Below, piece after piece: positions 62,839 to 64,000 of a stretch of 64,000 nucleotides of DNA. Both the position numbers and the translations under genes were made by a program. Position 1 is the first letter of the stretch; the number at the start of each line of letters is the position of its first letter. Below the pieces are notes generated by a model, which was not told the DNA's origin, ran no database searches, and saw nothing but the letters and a program-made list of their open reading frames with translations. The DNA lies in assembly GCA_963845535.1 (NCBI GenBank), contig CAWJSK010000018.1, forward strand, positions 1 through 64,000. The letters run 5' to 3'. This stretch comes from an uncultured Spirochaetota bacterium (GTDB taxonomy: Bacteria; Spirochaetota; Spirochaetia; SZUA-6; Fen-1364).

Positions 62839-63106
62839 GTGTGGAAAAACGAGTTCGAGCGGCTCAGGCGTGGAGGTTCTTGCTCCTGCAGGACGCGCGA
62901 CAGTGGGCGTCATCGAGCCGGGGCAATACACGTTCTCCACTTCCTCGGAAGAGCATATAGTCCGGATCGAGGGGACTATGCGCGTGAAGCTTCCTGGCGG
63001 CGACTGGCAGAACGTCCAGAAAGGCCGAGAGATTGTGGTGCAGCGCAATGTCTCATTTGACATCGAAGCCGAGGCGGATGTCGCCTCCATCTGTCACTAT
63101 CGCTGA
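62839..63106 (+). CDS. ppnP: Pyrimidine/purine nucleoside phosphorylase-like (5' end disrupted)
   Basis: GRATVGVIEPGQYTFST..E..C.YR. Confidence 0.7.
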
Positions 63107-63201
63107 AGGCGTCCAGAGTGGGCGGTCGGCGCGTCACTTTTGACGGACGCTCAACCAGGGGTCGTCCCTGGCCCTCAAGGGGCGCATTCCAGGGAGGAAA
63201 A

Positions 63202-63609
63202 ATGCAGACGAAAGAGCTCGATTCACATGATAGGGAACTTGTTGAGGCTGCGATTGACGTGATACGCAGGAACTACCAAGATCAGCGACACACTGTTGGC
63301 GCGGCTGTGCTCAGTTCCTCTGGCAAGATTTTCTCCGCGGTGAACCTTGACTCGTGCGGGTACGGACCTTGTGCAGAACCAATCGCGTTAGGGGCGGCAA
63401 TCAGCAATGGTGAAACATCTTTTCATACGATTGTGGCAGTCTCTGGAACGGGCAACTATTATCCAGTCCTGCCGCCATGCGGCAATTGTAGACAACTGCT
63501 TCTTGATTACGCCCATGGCATCATGGTTGTACTTTCGATCGAAGACCGGCTTCTGAAGGTGGATCTGGAGAATCTCTTGCCATTCGCCTACAAGAAACGA
63601 ACCCCCTGA
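63202..63609 (+). CDS. Cytidine deaminase-family protein
   Basis: HTVGAAV, CAE, PPCGNCRQ; GGAGG RBS. Confidence 0.9.
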   Translation: MQTKELDSHDRELVEAAIDVIRRNYQDQRHTVGAAVLSSSGKIFSAVNLDSCGYGPCAEPIALGAAISNGETSFHTIVAVSGTGNYYPVLPPCGNCRQLLLDYAHGIMVVLSIEDRLLKVDLENLLPFAYKKRTP

Positions 63610-63676
63610 AGGAGAGAGGAGCGTCCAATGGATGAGGCGCATGCGCCGATTGCTGCTGCTGCATCGACTACCCCCA

Positions 63677-64000
63677 CTAGTACAAAAGGATCAGTCCGCC
63701 ACCCAGGATGATCGAGTTGCCATCAATACGTTGCCCTTCGAATGGGAAAGCTGCGTAAATCGTGAAGTTCAGAAAGTTCAATAGACTGAGGTAGGCCCCA
63801 AAGCCGGTGGAAGCCAGAAAACCTCCCGGCGTGTTATTGGGATCATCGAAATACCCGTCGTAGTATTCGGCGTCGAGGAATGCGTACAGGCCTGGAACAA
63901 GGTCATTCGAGATGATGGATGGGCCGGTTACACGAACATCAAAATTGTTCAACGCCTTGAAATCCGCTCCAAAGCGCCCATTTTCGAACCCGCGGATCGT
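63677..64000 (-). CDS. 3' end of a probable outer-membrane beta-barrel protein (partial)
   Basis: NNFDVR, FLDAEY, STGFG strands and terminal aromatic residue. Confidence 0.5.
   Translation of the reverse strand, partial: TIRGFENGRFGADFKALNNFDVRVTGPSIISNDLVPGLYAFLDAEYYDGYFDDPNNTPGGFLASTGFGAYLSLLNFLNFTIYAAFPFEGQRIDGNSIILGGGLILLY

Overview
A GC-rich, mobile-element-dense accessory region of a bacterium, probably Spirochaetia (inferred from the DnaB, lipoprotein and membrane-AraC types; not verified). No rRNA, tRNA or CRISPR array was recognised. The centre (about 18.5-26.4 kb) is an Rhs/M15-peptidase toxin plus lipoprotein-immunity locus broken by nested elements. One is a single-ORF IS66 with an 8-bp target duplication and a group II intron inserted inside its terminal inverted repeat. 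The other is an IS110 bridge-recombinase element carrying an ankyrin-repeat cargo gene. For this IS110, all four bridge-RNA guide segments can be read from the sequence. They match the reconstructed empty target and a donor junction that uses the distal right end beyond the cargo, and extra right-end copies are joined to other CT dinucleotides. Also present: three tyrosine-recombinase genes plus a deleted copy, with shared flanking motifs; a HerA/DUF87-like ATPase; two toxin-antitoxin pairs; a type II restriction-modification pair; a three-ORF IS66, an ISAzo13 and an IS3 remnant; a stand-alone dnaB; an expanded secreted ankyrin family; and a YceI/porin/polyprenyl synthase/MenG/MenA/UbiA quinone cluster. 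Many frameshifts fall in homopolymer runs and may be assembly errors rather than true pseudogenes.
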